A stretch of DNA of 32,000 nt from contig CP060262.1 of the NCBI GenBank assembly GCA_022646745.1, positions 1,380,001 to 1,412,000 of the forward strand, given 5' to 3'. Shown here in pieces: positions 1 to 7,381 of the stretch. The notes beneath the pieces are model-generated. The model searched no databases. It was not told the origin of the DNA and was given only the letters and a program-made list of their open reading frames with translations. The stretch is from Planctomycetales bacterium (GTDB taxonomy: Bacteria; 4484-113; JAFGCY01). Within the stretch, counting starts at the first letter, position 1; each line of letters opens with the position of its first letter. Both the position numbers and the translations under genes were made by a program.

Positions 1-53
1 AGCAGGGCCAGTGCGGCGATGGATATCAGTTTCAGGTAATCAAGGGTGCGCAT
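1..53 (-). CDS. 5' end of a CDS that runs out of the window; hydrophobic N-terminus, probable signal or TM segment
   Basis: The reverse complement of 1..53 reads ATG CGC ACC CTT GAT TAC CTG AAA CTG ATA TCC ATC GCC GCA CTG GCC CTG = MRTLDYLKLISIAALAL. A CATAAT hexamer (rc of 62..67) lies 8 nt upstream of the ATG, the same geometry as other starts here. Too short to name. Confidence 0.3.
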   Translation of the reverse strand, partial: MRTLDYLKLISIAALAL

Positions 54-81
54 TACCGGATATTATGACGCAGAGTCAGGA

Positions 82-495
82 TCAGCGGTTACCGGACTGT
101 TCCTGCTGTTCCCCCGCCGGAGGCAGTTTTGCGGCGGGCCTGGGTTTGATTGCGAAGTGGATGTAAATCGCCCCGAGCCCGATCATGCCGGGTACGAAGG
201 CGAAGCCGAGCATGCGCGCCGGGCCGGGGAAGGCCGCGGCCGCCGCGATGCCGAGGAACAGCCCAAGCGTGCTGGCCAGCAGGATGATGCCCGCCTTCAG
301 GTTGCCCTGTGGGTCGCCCTCGCGGTCATCAAGCTGGAAGTTGATCTCACGCGGGTCCAGGCCCTGGGCCATCGCCTTCTCGTAGAGGTCGGCCAGCCGC
401 TCGGTGCGCCGGGCCTTGAGCCGCATGCCGTAGATCATGATCGCCATCGAGATGACGAAGATGATCAGGAATAACATTGCTGCGCCGTTGTCCAT
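82..495 (-). CDS. small integral membrane protein (about 3 hydrophobic segments with a charged loop), function unknown
   Basis: 137-aa ORF with clear hydrophobic helices (LFLIIFVISMAIMIYG, AGIILLASTLGLFLGIAAAAAF, GFAFVPGMIGLGAIYIHF). The overlapping + strand ORF 46..474 is Arg/Asp-rich antisense-type sequence. Divergent from the ECF sigma gene. Confidence 0.6.
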   Translation of the reverse strand: MDNGAAMLFLIIFVISMAIMIYGMRLKARRTERLADLYEKAMAQGLDPREINFQLDDREGDPQGNLKAGIILLASTLGLFLGIAAAAAFPGPARMLGFAFVPGMIGLGAIYIHFAIKPRPAAKLPPAGEQQEQSGNR

Positions 496-871
496 GTATG
501 TCTGCCTCAGCGAATGGGAGTGCCGCGGGGCCGTCTGGGTTTCATTCTACAGCGGGAAGCTGGAAGAAGTCTGGATAGTTTTGATAGTAGGAATAGTGGG
601 GGAAGTCAGGAATCTGGGAACAGGGACCGGGGACCTGTAGCGGCTGCTTCCAGCAGCCGGAGCAGGTTGGAGTTTGGCGTGGCGAGTTTGGATAGGGACC
701 AGTAGCAGCGGCGCCCCCGCCGCTGAAATTGGAGGTGCGCAACTTGCTTGCGCACAATGAAACGCCTGAACAGTCTGAATAGTTGGGAAGTGCGAATAGT
801 GGAATCCTCCACGCCTGAGGCGTGCTGCGCGGCCTCCGGCCTTGCCTGGATGAATGCTTGCCTGCCGGTCC

Positions 872-945
872 GGGATGAGATGTAAGGGAAGCGGGATGCA
901 AGGGATGCGGGATGAGGGATGAGAAACGAGGGACGAGGGATGAGG
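872..945 (+). repeat. degenerate tandem heptanucleotide array (GAYGAGG/GGGATGN-like, about 10 units)
   Basis: Read directly: gggatga gatgtaa gggaagc gggatgc aagggat gcgggat gagggat gagaaac gagggac gagggat gagg. Confidence 0.8.
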
Positions 946-961
946 CATTCAGGTTGAAGTA

Positions 962-1005
962 GGGATGGGGTAATACCCCATCCCGGCGGCGGTATTACCG
1001 CCGCC
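962..1005. repeat. two adjacent perfect palindromes (23 nt and 21 nt) sharing a GGTAWTACC core
   Basis: 962..984 is gggatggggtaataccccatccc (11-nt arms). 985..1005 is ggcggcggtattaccgccgcc (10-nt arms). The flanking gtaggg (959..964) and ccctac (1004..1009) are also complementary. Confidence 0.85.
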
Positions 1006-1207
1006 CTACGTCTCGCAGACTGATGGACGGCCTTAGCGGCATGCCCTTCTGAGTGTCAGGCTGGACCCCCGTTTGTTCTCCAGAGCCTGCGCAGCTTCGG
1101 CTTCGCCTCGCAACGCGGCTCCGATGGCACAGCCCTGCAGCGCCTCCGCTCACTCCAACCTCCACACTGCAACCTGTCCCCTTCTTGTCAGATTCTCATC
1201 TGACCTC

Positions 1208-1270
1208 CCTGCACCCTGCACCCTGCAACCTGCAACCGAAAACCCGAAACCGGAAACCCGAAACCTGAAG
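1208..1270 (+). repeat. tandem heptanucleotide array, 9 units, ending about 77 nt upstream of the ECF sigma start
   Basis: Read directly: cctgcac cctgcac cctgcaa cctgcaa ccgaaaa cccgaaa ccggaaa cccgaaa cctgaag. Confidence 0.85.
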
Positions 1271-1346
1271 ATCCCATGCAACTTTCCCCCCACTGAGCCA
1301 CTCCCACATCACAAGCGGCGATGGCCGCGGGGCATGAAGGAGTAAA

Positions 1347-1955
1347 ATGATGACGATCAGAGGTCTTTTACTGGGAGGATCAGCGCAGGCGGTGAGTCAG
1401 GCAAACGAGGAACTCGCGCTCTGTCAGCGGATCGCCCGTGGTGAACGGCATCTCTTCGGCGAGATCATCGACCGCTACAGCGGGCTGGTGGCCGGCAGCA
1501 TCGCCGGCCAGGGGGTCAGCCCCTCCGATGTGGAGGACCTGGCCCAGCTCACCTTCATCAATGTCTTCAAGGGCATCCATGGATTCCGCGGCGATGCCAA
1601 GTTGTCGAGCTGGATCTACCGCATCGCGGTGAACATCGCCCGCCAGCATCTCAAGAAGCAGTCCAGCCGCCCGGCGACCGACAGCATGGAGCAGCAGCTT
1701 GAGATCGGCCGCCAGCCCGCGGATGGACGCGAGGCCGGCGAGGACAGCATGCTGCGCCAGCGCGCACTCGACAGTGCAATGGCCCAGCTGCCGGAGAACC
1801 AGCGCACCGCCCTTTCGCTGTATTACTTCGAGGAGCTCAGCTACGAGGAGATCAGCGAGGCGATGCAGCAGAATATCAACACCGTGCGGACGCATATCCG
1901 CCGTGGCAAGCAGAAGCTGGCCACGATGATCGACGAGGGTGTGCTCGGGCCCTGA
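1347..1955 (+). CDS. ECF-type RNA polymerase sigma-70 family factor
   Basis: Region 2-like DVEDLAQLTFINVFKGIHGFRGDAKLSSWIYRIAVN. Region 4 LPENQRTALSLYYFEELSYEEISEAMQQNINTVRTHIRRGKQKL. AAGGAG Shine-Dalgarno 5 nt upstream of the ATG. Confidence 0.9.
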   Translation: MMTIRGLLLGGSAQAVSQANEELALCQRIARGERHLFGEIIDRYSGLVAGSIAGQGVSPSDVEDLAQLTFINVFKGIHGFRGDAKLSSWIYRIAVNIARQHLKKQSSRPATDSMEQQLEIGRQPADGREAGEDSMLRQRALDSAMAQLPENQRTALSLYYFEELSYEEISEAMQQNINTVRTHIRRGKQKLATMIDEGVLGP

Positions 1956-2001
1956 GGGGGCACCACTGCAACATCCAACGCTGCTTAGGGGTAATATTGA
2001 A

Positions 2002-2430
2002 ATGATGAACGAGAACAGGGATCGCAGGCTTGAGGGAGTGGAGCGCCTGCTGCGTGAGCAGGGGCCGGTGGAACTCGGCTCGAGTTTCCGCAGCGAGATC
2101 CTCAGCGCGATCGACAAGCTGCCCGACCCGGAACTGCTGCCGCCCCCGGCGCTGCAGCGTGACTGGCGCTGGTTCATTTCACTGATCGGCACCGGCGAGC
2201 GCGTGGCCATCGGCCTGGCACTGCTTGCCCTGGTGCTGGCCTTCACCCCGCAGTTCCAGGCCTGGCTGGCCGTGATGAACTGGAACTGGGGCGACCTGAC
2301 GCTCAGCATGAACCTCGGGGACGTGGCGCTCAGCGCCAGCCTCGGCACCCTGCTGGCCACCGGCCTCGGCGCACTTTTGATGGCCGGCGTGGGAATCTAC
2401 AGCTCCCGTAACCACCTGATCGGCACCTAG
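2002..2430 (+). CDS. putative membrane-bound anti-sigma factor (cytoplasmic N-terminus, C-terminal TM helices)
   Basis: Lies immediately downstream of the ECF sigma gene. Hydrophobic segments VAIGLALLALVLAF and LLATGLGALLMAGVGIY. Start chosen at the MMNENRD methionines (2002 or 2005) rather than ORF-track 1939, which overlaps the sigma gene. Function is inferred from position only. Confidence 0.5.
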   Translation: MMNENRDRRLEGVERLLREQGPVELGSSFRSEILSAIDKLPDPELLPPPALQRDWRWFISLIGTGERVAIGLALLALVLAFTPQFQAWLAVMNWNWGDLTLSMNLGDVALSASLGTLLATGLGALLMAGVGIYSSRNHLIGT

Positions 2431-2482
2431 CTCAATCCTCCCGACTGAAACTACCGCCCGCCCATACGGCATCATATAGCGC

Positions 2483-3679
2483 ATGCGTGGAATCCCCCGC
2501 TGGCTGAGCATCTCCGTCGTGCTGTTCGCGGCCTACCTGCTTGCGCTCGGCGTGTTCGTCTCGCGCCAGCTGAGCGTGCAGTCCCGCCACATTGTCTGGA
2601 CCAAGCAGCTCGCCAGCTGGAACTTCGGCAAGACGAGGCTGCTGTCGGATGGGCGCCTGCTGGTGCAGGACTACAGCGGAATGCAGCTGGTGTTCAGCCC
2701 GGCCGGTGAGAAGCTGTACGAGGTGCAGGGTCCGAGCTATGGCAATGCCGAATCCGAAGGCCTGTACCGCGAGCTGCCGAACGGCGAAGCCTACATCGTG
2801 ACGGAAGGGCCGCTGAACCAGCAGCATACCGGTGGCGGAATGGCGAATGTCGTGATAACAAGCAGCGGCACGCCGGAGATCACGCGCATCGATGCTGATG
2901 GCAGGGAACTGGCCCGCATCAAGCCCGGCTTCGTGTTTGACAGCAACACCGGGCTATTGCCGATCGAGGGCCAGATCGTGCTGTCCGATGCCAGCCGCCA
3001 GATCCAGGCCGTGGATGAATCCGGCAACACCGCCTGGCAATGCACCACCACCGTCGGGCAGTTGCTGCTGCCCGGACCGGACAGCGGGATGCTCAGTGCG
3101 GATGTGAACTCGATCAGCCAGACGGCTGAGCTGGCGCTGATTGACAAGGCCGGCCAGCAGCTCTGGCTCAAGCCGCTGCCGGGGGACTTCGGCAGCAGCC
3201 TGCTGTGTGACGGTGAACGGATCTACTACGTTGACAACTCAGGCGACATCCGCTGCCTGGATGCGGATGGCAATGAACTGTGGCAGTTTGCCGGCAATGG
3301 CAGCGTGTTCGCGCATGACGGGCCATTCTCACTGTCTTCGCGCGGACCCTGGATGGACAATGCTGAAGTGCTGCAGCTGACTGCTGACGGCAGGCTGGCG
3401 GCCATGGATGAAGAGGGCGGCCTGCACCTGCTGGACTGCCGCAGTGGCGCGGACAGCGTCGTCAACCTGCCCTACAACTACTCCCGCAAGCTGGCGGTGG
3501 ACACCCAGCGCGGGAGGATCGTGAGCATCAGCGACGAGGGGCTGGAGGTGTTTGACATGCAGGGCCGGCGCCTGAGCAACAACTCCTTCATCCGGGGCCG
3601 GGGCAGGCCCGTGCTGGACACGGAGCGCAGCCAGGGCTACGTATATGACAACGGACGGCTGAGCTGCTTCAGCTACTGA
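2483..3679 (+). CDS. membrane-anchored PQQ-like/BamB-like beta-propeller repeat protein, paralog 1
   Basis: N-terminal signal-anchor WLSISVVLFAAYLLALGVFV. Repeated motifs of the type IDADGRELARI, AVDESGNTAWQ, LIDKAGQQLWL and CLDADGNELWQF are typical of PQQ-like propeller blades. Confidence 0.75.
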   Translation: MRGIPRWLSISVVLFAAYLLALGVFVSRQLSVQSRHIVWTKQLASWNFGKTRLLSDGRLLVQDYSGMQLVFSPAGEKLYEVQGPSYGNAESEGLYRELPNGEAYIVTEGPLNQQHTGGGMANVVITSSGTPEITRIDADGRELARIKPGFVFDSNTGLLPIEGQIVLSDASRQIQAVDESGNTAWQCTTTVGQLLLPGPDSGMLSADVNSISQTAELALIDKAGQQLWLKPLPGDFGSSLLCDGERIYYVDNSGDIRCLDADGNELWQFAGNGSVFAHDGPFSLSSRGPWMDNAEVLQLTADGRLAAMDEEGGLHLLDCRSGADSVVNLPYNYSRKLAVDTQRGRIVSISDEGLEVFDMQGRRLSNNSFIRGRGRPVLDTERSQGYVYDNGRLSCFSY

Positions 3680-3704
3680 GGCGGCCCGGCGCTAAACTCT
3701 GACG

Positions 3705-4907
3705 ATGCGTAAAGGGACAGCGAGGTGGATACTTGTGCCGGCAGTGCTGCTGGCGCTTGTTGCCGGACGGCTGTTCCTGCGCCAGGCAACGCCGCCATAC
3801 AATCCACCCGGGCTGCTGTGGCAGGCACCTGTGAGCAAGAACACAAGCTCCATCATTCCCGGCCCGGATGGCAATGTACTGCTGGTTGATGCCACCAGCG
3901 GATACCTCTGCATGTACGGGCCGGATGGCAAACGGCGCTGGAAGCTCAGGCCGGAGGGTGTGCATGGCAGCATGTTCAGGCCCTGGTTCCGCTACTATGA
4001 CATCGGCTTCCTGGCTGACGGAACGCTTGTGGTCCTGCAGATGGGGGATTTCCGTGTGGGAGCGGCGGCTAACACTGTTCCACCTGAGCCACCTATCAGG
4101 CTGATCTCCGCCGATGGCGAAGAACTCAACAGACTCGATCCCGGACAGGGCTACAACTATGTTTCCGGCATGGACCTGATTGGCAACGTTGTACTGACGG
4201 ATGCCAGGGGCAGCAGTGGCTCGACCGCGCAGTGTGTGACAAGCGCATGGGACAGCAGTGGCAAGTTATCCTTTGGATTCCAGCGGACGCAGTTTTCCGG
4301 CCGTCAGCGCGTCCCCGGACCGGAAGGCGGGATCTTGCAGTATGAGGCCTTCAACCCCGTCACGCGCCTGGATGACGACAAGCTGGTACTGCTGGATGTT
4401 ATGGGCAATCTGCGCTGGGAACGCCTGCTGGACCCTGACCGCTACTACCATGTCCGCAGTGCCGGGCAGTTCATCTGGCTCAGTGACGACGGCGGGATGC
4501 TGGAATGCATCGATCCGGCAGGCAATCCGCTCTGGTCACTGGACTGCCGCGAGGAACCGATCAGCTACAAGCCGGCAAAGGAAGCACCGCCGAGCGTGCT
4601 GCAATTCAGGGATGACGGCACAGTGCTGCTGACCGGGTACAGCGGCAAGCTGCAGCTGCTGGACGGCAGAGGCGACATCCTGGCCTCGATCCCGCATCCC
4701 GGCGTGTCGGCGCAGGAGATCTGGCTGGATGCGGACCGGCAGCTGGTGCTGATGCGTCGTGACGACAGGATTGGCTTCTTCGATTACACAGGTGCGCAAA
4801 GCGGGATGCTGATGCTGCCGGACGCTGAATGTGCAGTAGTGTGCGACCCGCTGCATGGACGCTTCTACGTCTGGTCCGGGCGCCGGCTGTACTGCGTGGG
4901 ATACTGA
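3705..4907 (+). CDS. membrane-anchored PQQ-like/BamB-like beta-propeller repeat protein, paralog 2
   Basis: N-terminal anchor WILVPAVLLALVAGRLFL. Blade-like motifs GPDGKRRWKL, ISADGEELNRL, LLDVMGNLRWE and CIDPAGNPLWSL. Shares the C-terminal ending (...YCVGY versus ...SCFSY) with paralog 1. TAAACT hexamer 6 nt upstream of the ATG. Confidence 0.75.
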   Translation: MRKGTARWILVPAVLLALVAGRLFLRQATPPYNPPGLLWQAPVSKNTSSIIPGPDGNVLLVDATSGYLCMYGPDGKRRWKLRPEGVHGSMFRPWFRYYDIGFLADGTLVVLQMGDFRVGAAANTVPPEPPIRLISADGEELNRLDPGQGYNYVSGMDLIGNVVLTDARGSSGSTAQCVTSAWDSSGKLSFGFQRTQFSGRQRVPGPEGGILQYEAFNPVTRLDDDKLVLLDVMGNLRWERLLDPDRYYHVRSAGQFIWLSDDGGMLECIDPAGNPLWSLDCREEPISYKPAKEAPPSVLQFRDDGTVLLTGYSGKLQLLDGRGDILASIPHPGVSAQEIWLDADRQLVLMRRDDRIGFFDYTGAQSGMLMLPDAECAVVCDPLHGRFYVWSGRRLYCVGY

Positions 4908-4940
4908 GCTCATTGAGCAGCCTCCTGCTATGCTCATCGC

Positions 4941-5669
4941 ATGCTGATCGATCTTTCCGGACAGGTTGCCATTGTCACCGGTGCGAGCCGCGGCGTGGGC
5001 CGCGCGACCGCCATCCGGCTGTCACAGCTCGGGGCCAGTGTCGCCCTGCTGGGGCGTAACCAGGCGGCGCTTGAGCGCACGGCGGAGCTGTGCCGCGAAC
5101 ATGCGGAGATCGCCGGGTGCTGGTCGCCGGAGCTGAGCGATACGGAGGAGCTGGCGGCCGCCGTGCATGACATCAGCGAAAGCTGCGGGCGGATCGACAT
5201 CCTCGTGAACAACGCCGGCGTATTTTACCCGGCGCGGCTGGACAGCGCGGACCCGTTTGACATCGACCGCATGCTGGATGTCAACCTGAAGGGCCTGCTG
5301 CATGCGACGCGCATCTGCCTGCCCTACCTGAAGGAAAGCTGCATGGCGCGCGGCCGCGCGGTGGTTGTCAACATCTCCAGCAATGCCGGCCGCTTCGGCA
5401 TCCCCGGCGAGGCTGCCTACTGCGCCAGCAAGCACGGCGTGATGGGCTTCTCCGAGGGCCTGTTCCAGGAGGAGCGCGAGCTGGGGCTGAAGGTCTGCAC
5501 GATCTGCCCGGGCTGGATCGCCACCGAGATGGTGGAGGAAAGCGGGATCGACATGGACCGCGCGATCAAGCCGTCCGAGGTGGCCGAGATGGTGGCGACG
5601 GTGGTGCGCTGGCCGGACAATTCCTGCCCGACTGAAATCAGGCTCTACCCACAGCGCAGCCCGGTCTGA
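4941..5669 (+). CDS. short-chain dehydrogenase/reductase (SDR) family oxidoreductase
   Basis: Cofactor motif VTGASRGVGRA, NNAG motif VNNAGV and catalytic YCASK (YxxxK). Confidence 0.9.
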   Translation: MLIDLSGQVAIVTGASRGVGRATAIRLSQLGASVALLGRNQAALERTAELCREHAEIAGCWSPELSDTEELAAAVHDISESCGRIDILVNNAGVFYPARLDSADPFDIDRMLDVNLKGLLHATRICLPYLKESCMARGRAVVVNISSNAGRFGIPGEAAYCASKHGVMGFSEGLFQEERELGLKVCTICPGWIATEMVEESGIDMDRAIKPSEVAEMVATVVRWPDNSCPTEIRLYPQRSPV

Positions 5670-7361
5670 TCAGTCCGGCGGACGGCTGAGGGATTCCAGC
5701 AGGCGCTGCTCGCGGCCTTCGAGGAAGTTCACTGCCTGCCCGAGCCCAAACAGCCACAGCCCGGCGGCGATCGCCCAGGCCAGCAGCACCCCGCCCAGCA
5801 ATCCGGGCAGCCCGTAGAACACGGTACCGAGCACGATTGCCATGCTGCCCGGCGCCACGAGCAGGTTGCAGAAGTTGAACAGCAGGCCGTAGAGCAGCAG
5901 GTAGCCGCAGCCCTGCTGGGGAAGCACCGGACGGTAGCGGCGGCCGACGCGCGCGAAGGCGAAGGGGTGCGAGATCGAGAGGAAGTTGCCGGCCATGTCC
6001 ACGATCACGATGTTTGCGATGATCATCGCCATCGCGGCCGCCACGTACATCGGGTCGCAGCGCAGGATCACGCCCATTGCCAGCACGAGCAGCAGGTTGA
6101 CGACGCCGAGGTGGCTCAACAGGAAGATGCTCTTGGCCTGCAGCAGGCTGCGGCGGCTGAGCGGGCTGGCCAGCACCGTTGCCAGCGAGCTGCCCTCGTA
6201 GCCGAAGCGGTTGAACATGATCCCGCTTTCGGAGTAGGTCAGGCCGAAGCTCAGCCCGAGCAGCACGTAGTTGACAATCCCGTGGTGGTCCATGCCTGGT
6301 GCGCCTTCCTCCAGCAGCCTCATGCGCAGCACGACCATCACCACACAGGTGTAGATCCCGAAGAACAGGCTCTGGATCAGCAGGCTGCGCAGCACCGGGT
6401 CACGCTTCACATAGCGCTGCTCACGCTGCACCAGCGCCTGCAGCACGCCACCGGGCAGCAGGCCGGCGATCCCCTGGCTGCGATCGGCCCTGCCATGCTC
6501 CTCCGCGAGCCCGCCGCTTTCCAGCTCACCCTCGTAGAAGGCGCGGGAGGTGCGGCCCAGCAGGAAGACTCCCGGTGCCAGCCATACAAGCATCAGGCCC
6601 CAGTCCAGCAGTGCTGCCAAAGGTTGGCCGGTTGACCATGCGGTGGTTGCACGCGTGGCCAGAGTCGGGAAGCTGTAGTCCATCGCCGCCATCACGGGCT
6701 CGATCCAGCGCTGCAGCGGGGAGCTGGCCAGCTGGCCGCTGATGTCATCCACGCCGCCGACCATTGTCAGGTTGACGATCTGCACGCCGATCACGAGCGT
6801 GATGCCGATCCACATGCTCATCTCGGCGAAGCGCCGCGACTGCAGCAGGCGGTTGACAAGCAGGAAGATGGCCTGGGTCCAGGCCAGCAGGATTGCCAGC
6901 AGCAGCACGAAGCTGACGAGCATCGGCACAAGCCCCAGACCGGCGAAGGCCAGCACACCGACGAACAGCAGCATCGCCGGCAGGAGGATCACGCCCAGCG
7001 GTGAAGCCAGCGCGTCCATCATCACCGCCAGCAGGAACTGGCTGCCGGACAGCGGCATCAGGCGCAGGCCGTTCAGGTCCAGGTTGCGCTGGATGTCAAC
7101 CTGCGCGAAGGGCGAGAACAGCCAGATCAGCGAGAGGATCCAGCTGACCCAGACCATGATCCGGCCAGCCTGCTGCAAGACGTCCCCGCCGCTGTTGAAC
7201 AGGAACACGCCGACGGCCGCCGCACCGCTGAGCGCGCCGATGGTCATGCCGATCCAGGCGAAGATGATCGCGATCGTGTTGCCGATGTTCTTCCGGTAGT
7301 GCCGGATCGTCAGCCTGAATTTGAGCCGCGTCAGTTCCCGCAGCATCGTGCCGGTATGCAT
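5670..7361 (-). CDS. large polytopic membrane protein with ABC-2-type exporter-permease-like architecture (two halves); no adjacent ATPase
   Basis: 563 aa and very hydrophobic throughout. N-terminal amphipathic LRELTRLKFRLTIRHYRKN and a mid-protein REQRYVKRDPVLRS each precede clusters of TM helices, as in fused ABC-2 permeases. The family assignment is tentative. Confidence 0.7.
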   Translation of the reverse strand: MHTGTMLRELTRLKFRLTIRHYRKNIGNTIAIIFAWIGMTIGALSGAAAVGVFLFNSGGDVLQQAGRIMVWVSWILSLIWLFSPFAQVDIQRNLDLNGLRLMPLSGSQFLLAVMMDALASPLGVILLPAMLLFVGVLAFAGLGLVPMLVSFVLLLAILLAWTQAIFLLVNRLLQSRRFAEMSMWIGITLVIGVQIVNLTMVGGVDDISGQLASSPLQRWIEPVMAAMDYSFPTLATRATTAWSTGQPLAALLDWGLMLVWLAPGVFLLGRTSRAFYEGELESGGLAEEHGRADRSQGIAGLLPGGVLQALVQREQRYVKRDPVLRSLLIQSLFFGIYTCVVMVVLRMRLLEEGAPGMDHHGIVNYVLLGLSFGLTYSESGIMFNRFGYEGSSLATVLASPLSRRSLLQAKSIFLLSHLGVVNLLLVLAMGVILRCDPMYVAAAMAMIIANIVIVDMAGNFLSISHPFAFARVGRRYRPVLPQQGCGYLLLYGLLFNFCNLLVAPGSMAIVLGTVFYGLPGLLGGVLLAWAIAAGLWLFGLGQAVNFLEGREQRLLESLSRPPD

Positions 7362-7366
7362 GCAGA

Positions 7367-7381
7367 CCTATTATGGCAGGT
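7367..7381 (-). promoter_or_regulatory. conserved 15-mer containing an extended -10 (TGcCATAAT on the minus strand) 8 nt upstream of the ATG at 7361; candidate leaderless promoter
   Basis: The plus strand reads cctattatggcaggt, identical to 14913..14927. The TAA stop of the upstream korB-like gene (7371..7373) lies inside the CATAAT hexamer. Confidence 0.4.

Larger units (their letters stand above)
541..1346. other. about 800 bp non-coding low-complexity region between divergent genes, with heptamer arrays and multiple perfect hairpins
   Basis: No convincing ORF; the track ORFs here translate to low-complexity P/S/R-rich strings. The left part is purine-rich and the right part pyrimidine-rich. 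Hairpins lie at 641..659, 706..725, 735..755, 810..824 and 962..1005. Confidence 0.7.

Noticed and set aside
46-474. 142-aa + strand ORF
   Set aside because: Antisense to the more plausible small membrane protein at 82..495. Its composition is Arg/Glu/Asp/Gly-rich.
542-1345. ORFs 547..948(-), 542..901(-), 1053..1268(+) and 1073..1345(+) in the long intergenic region
   Set aside because: Their translations are low-complexity P/S/R/A strings generated by the period-7 repeats. They have no start context and the repeat period is incompatible with coding.
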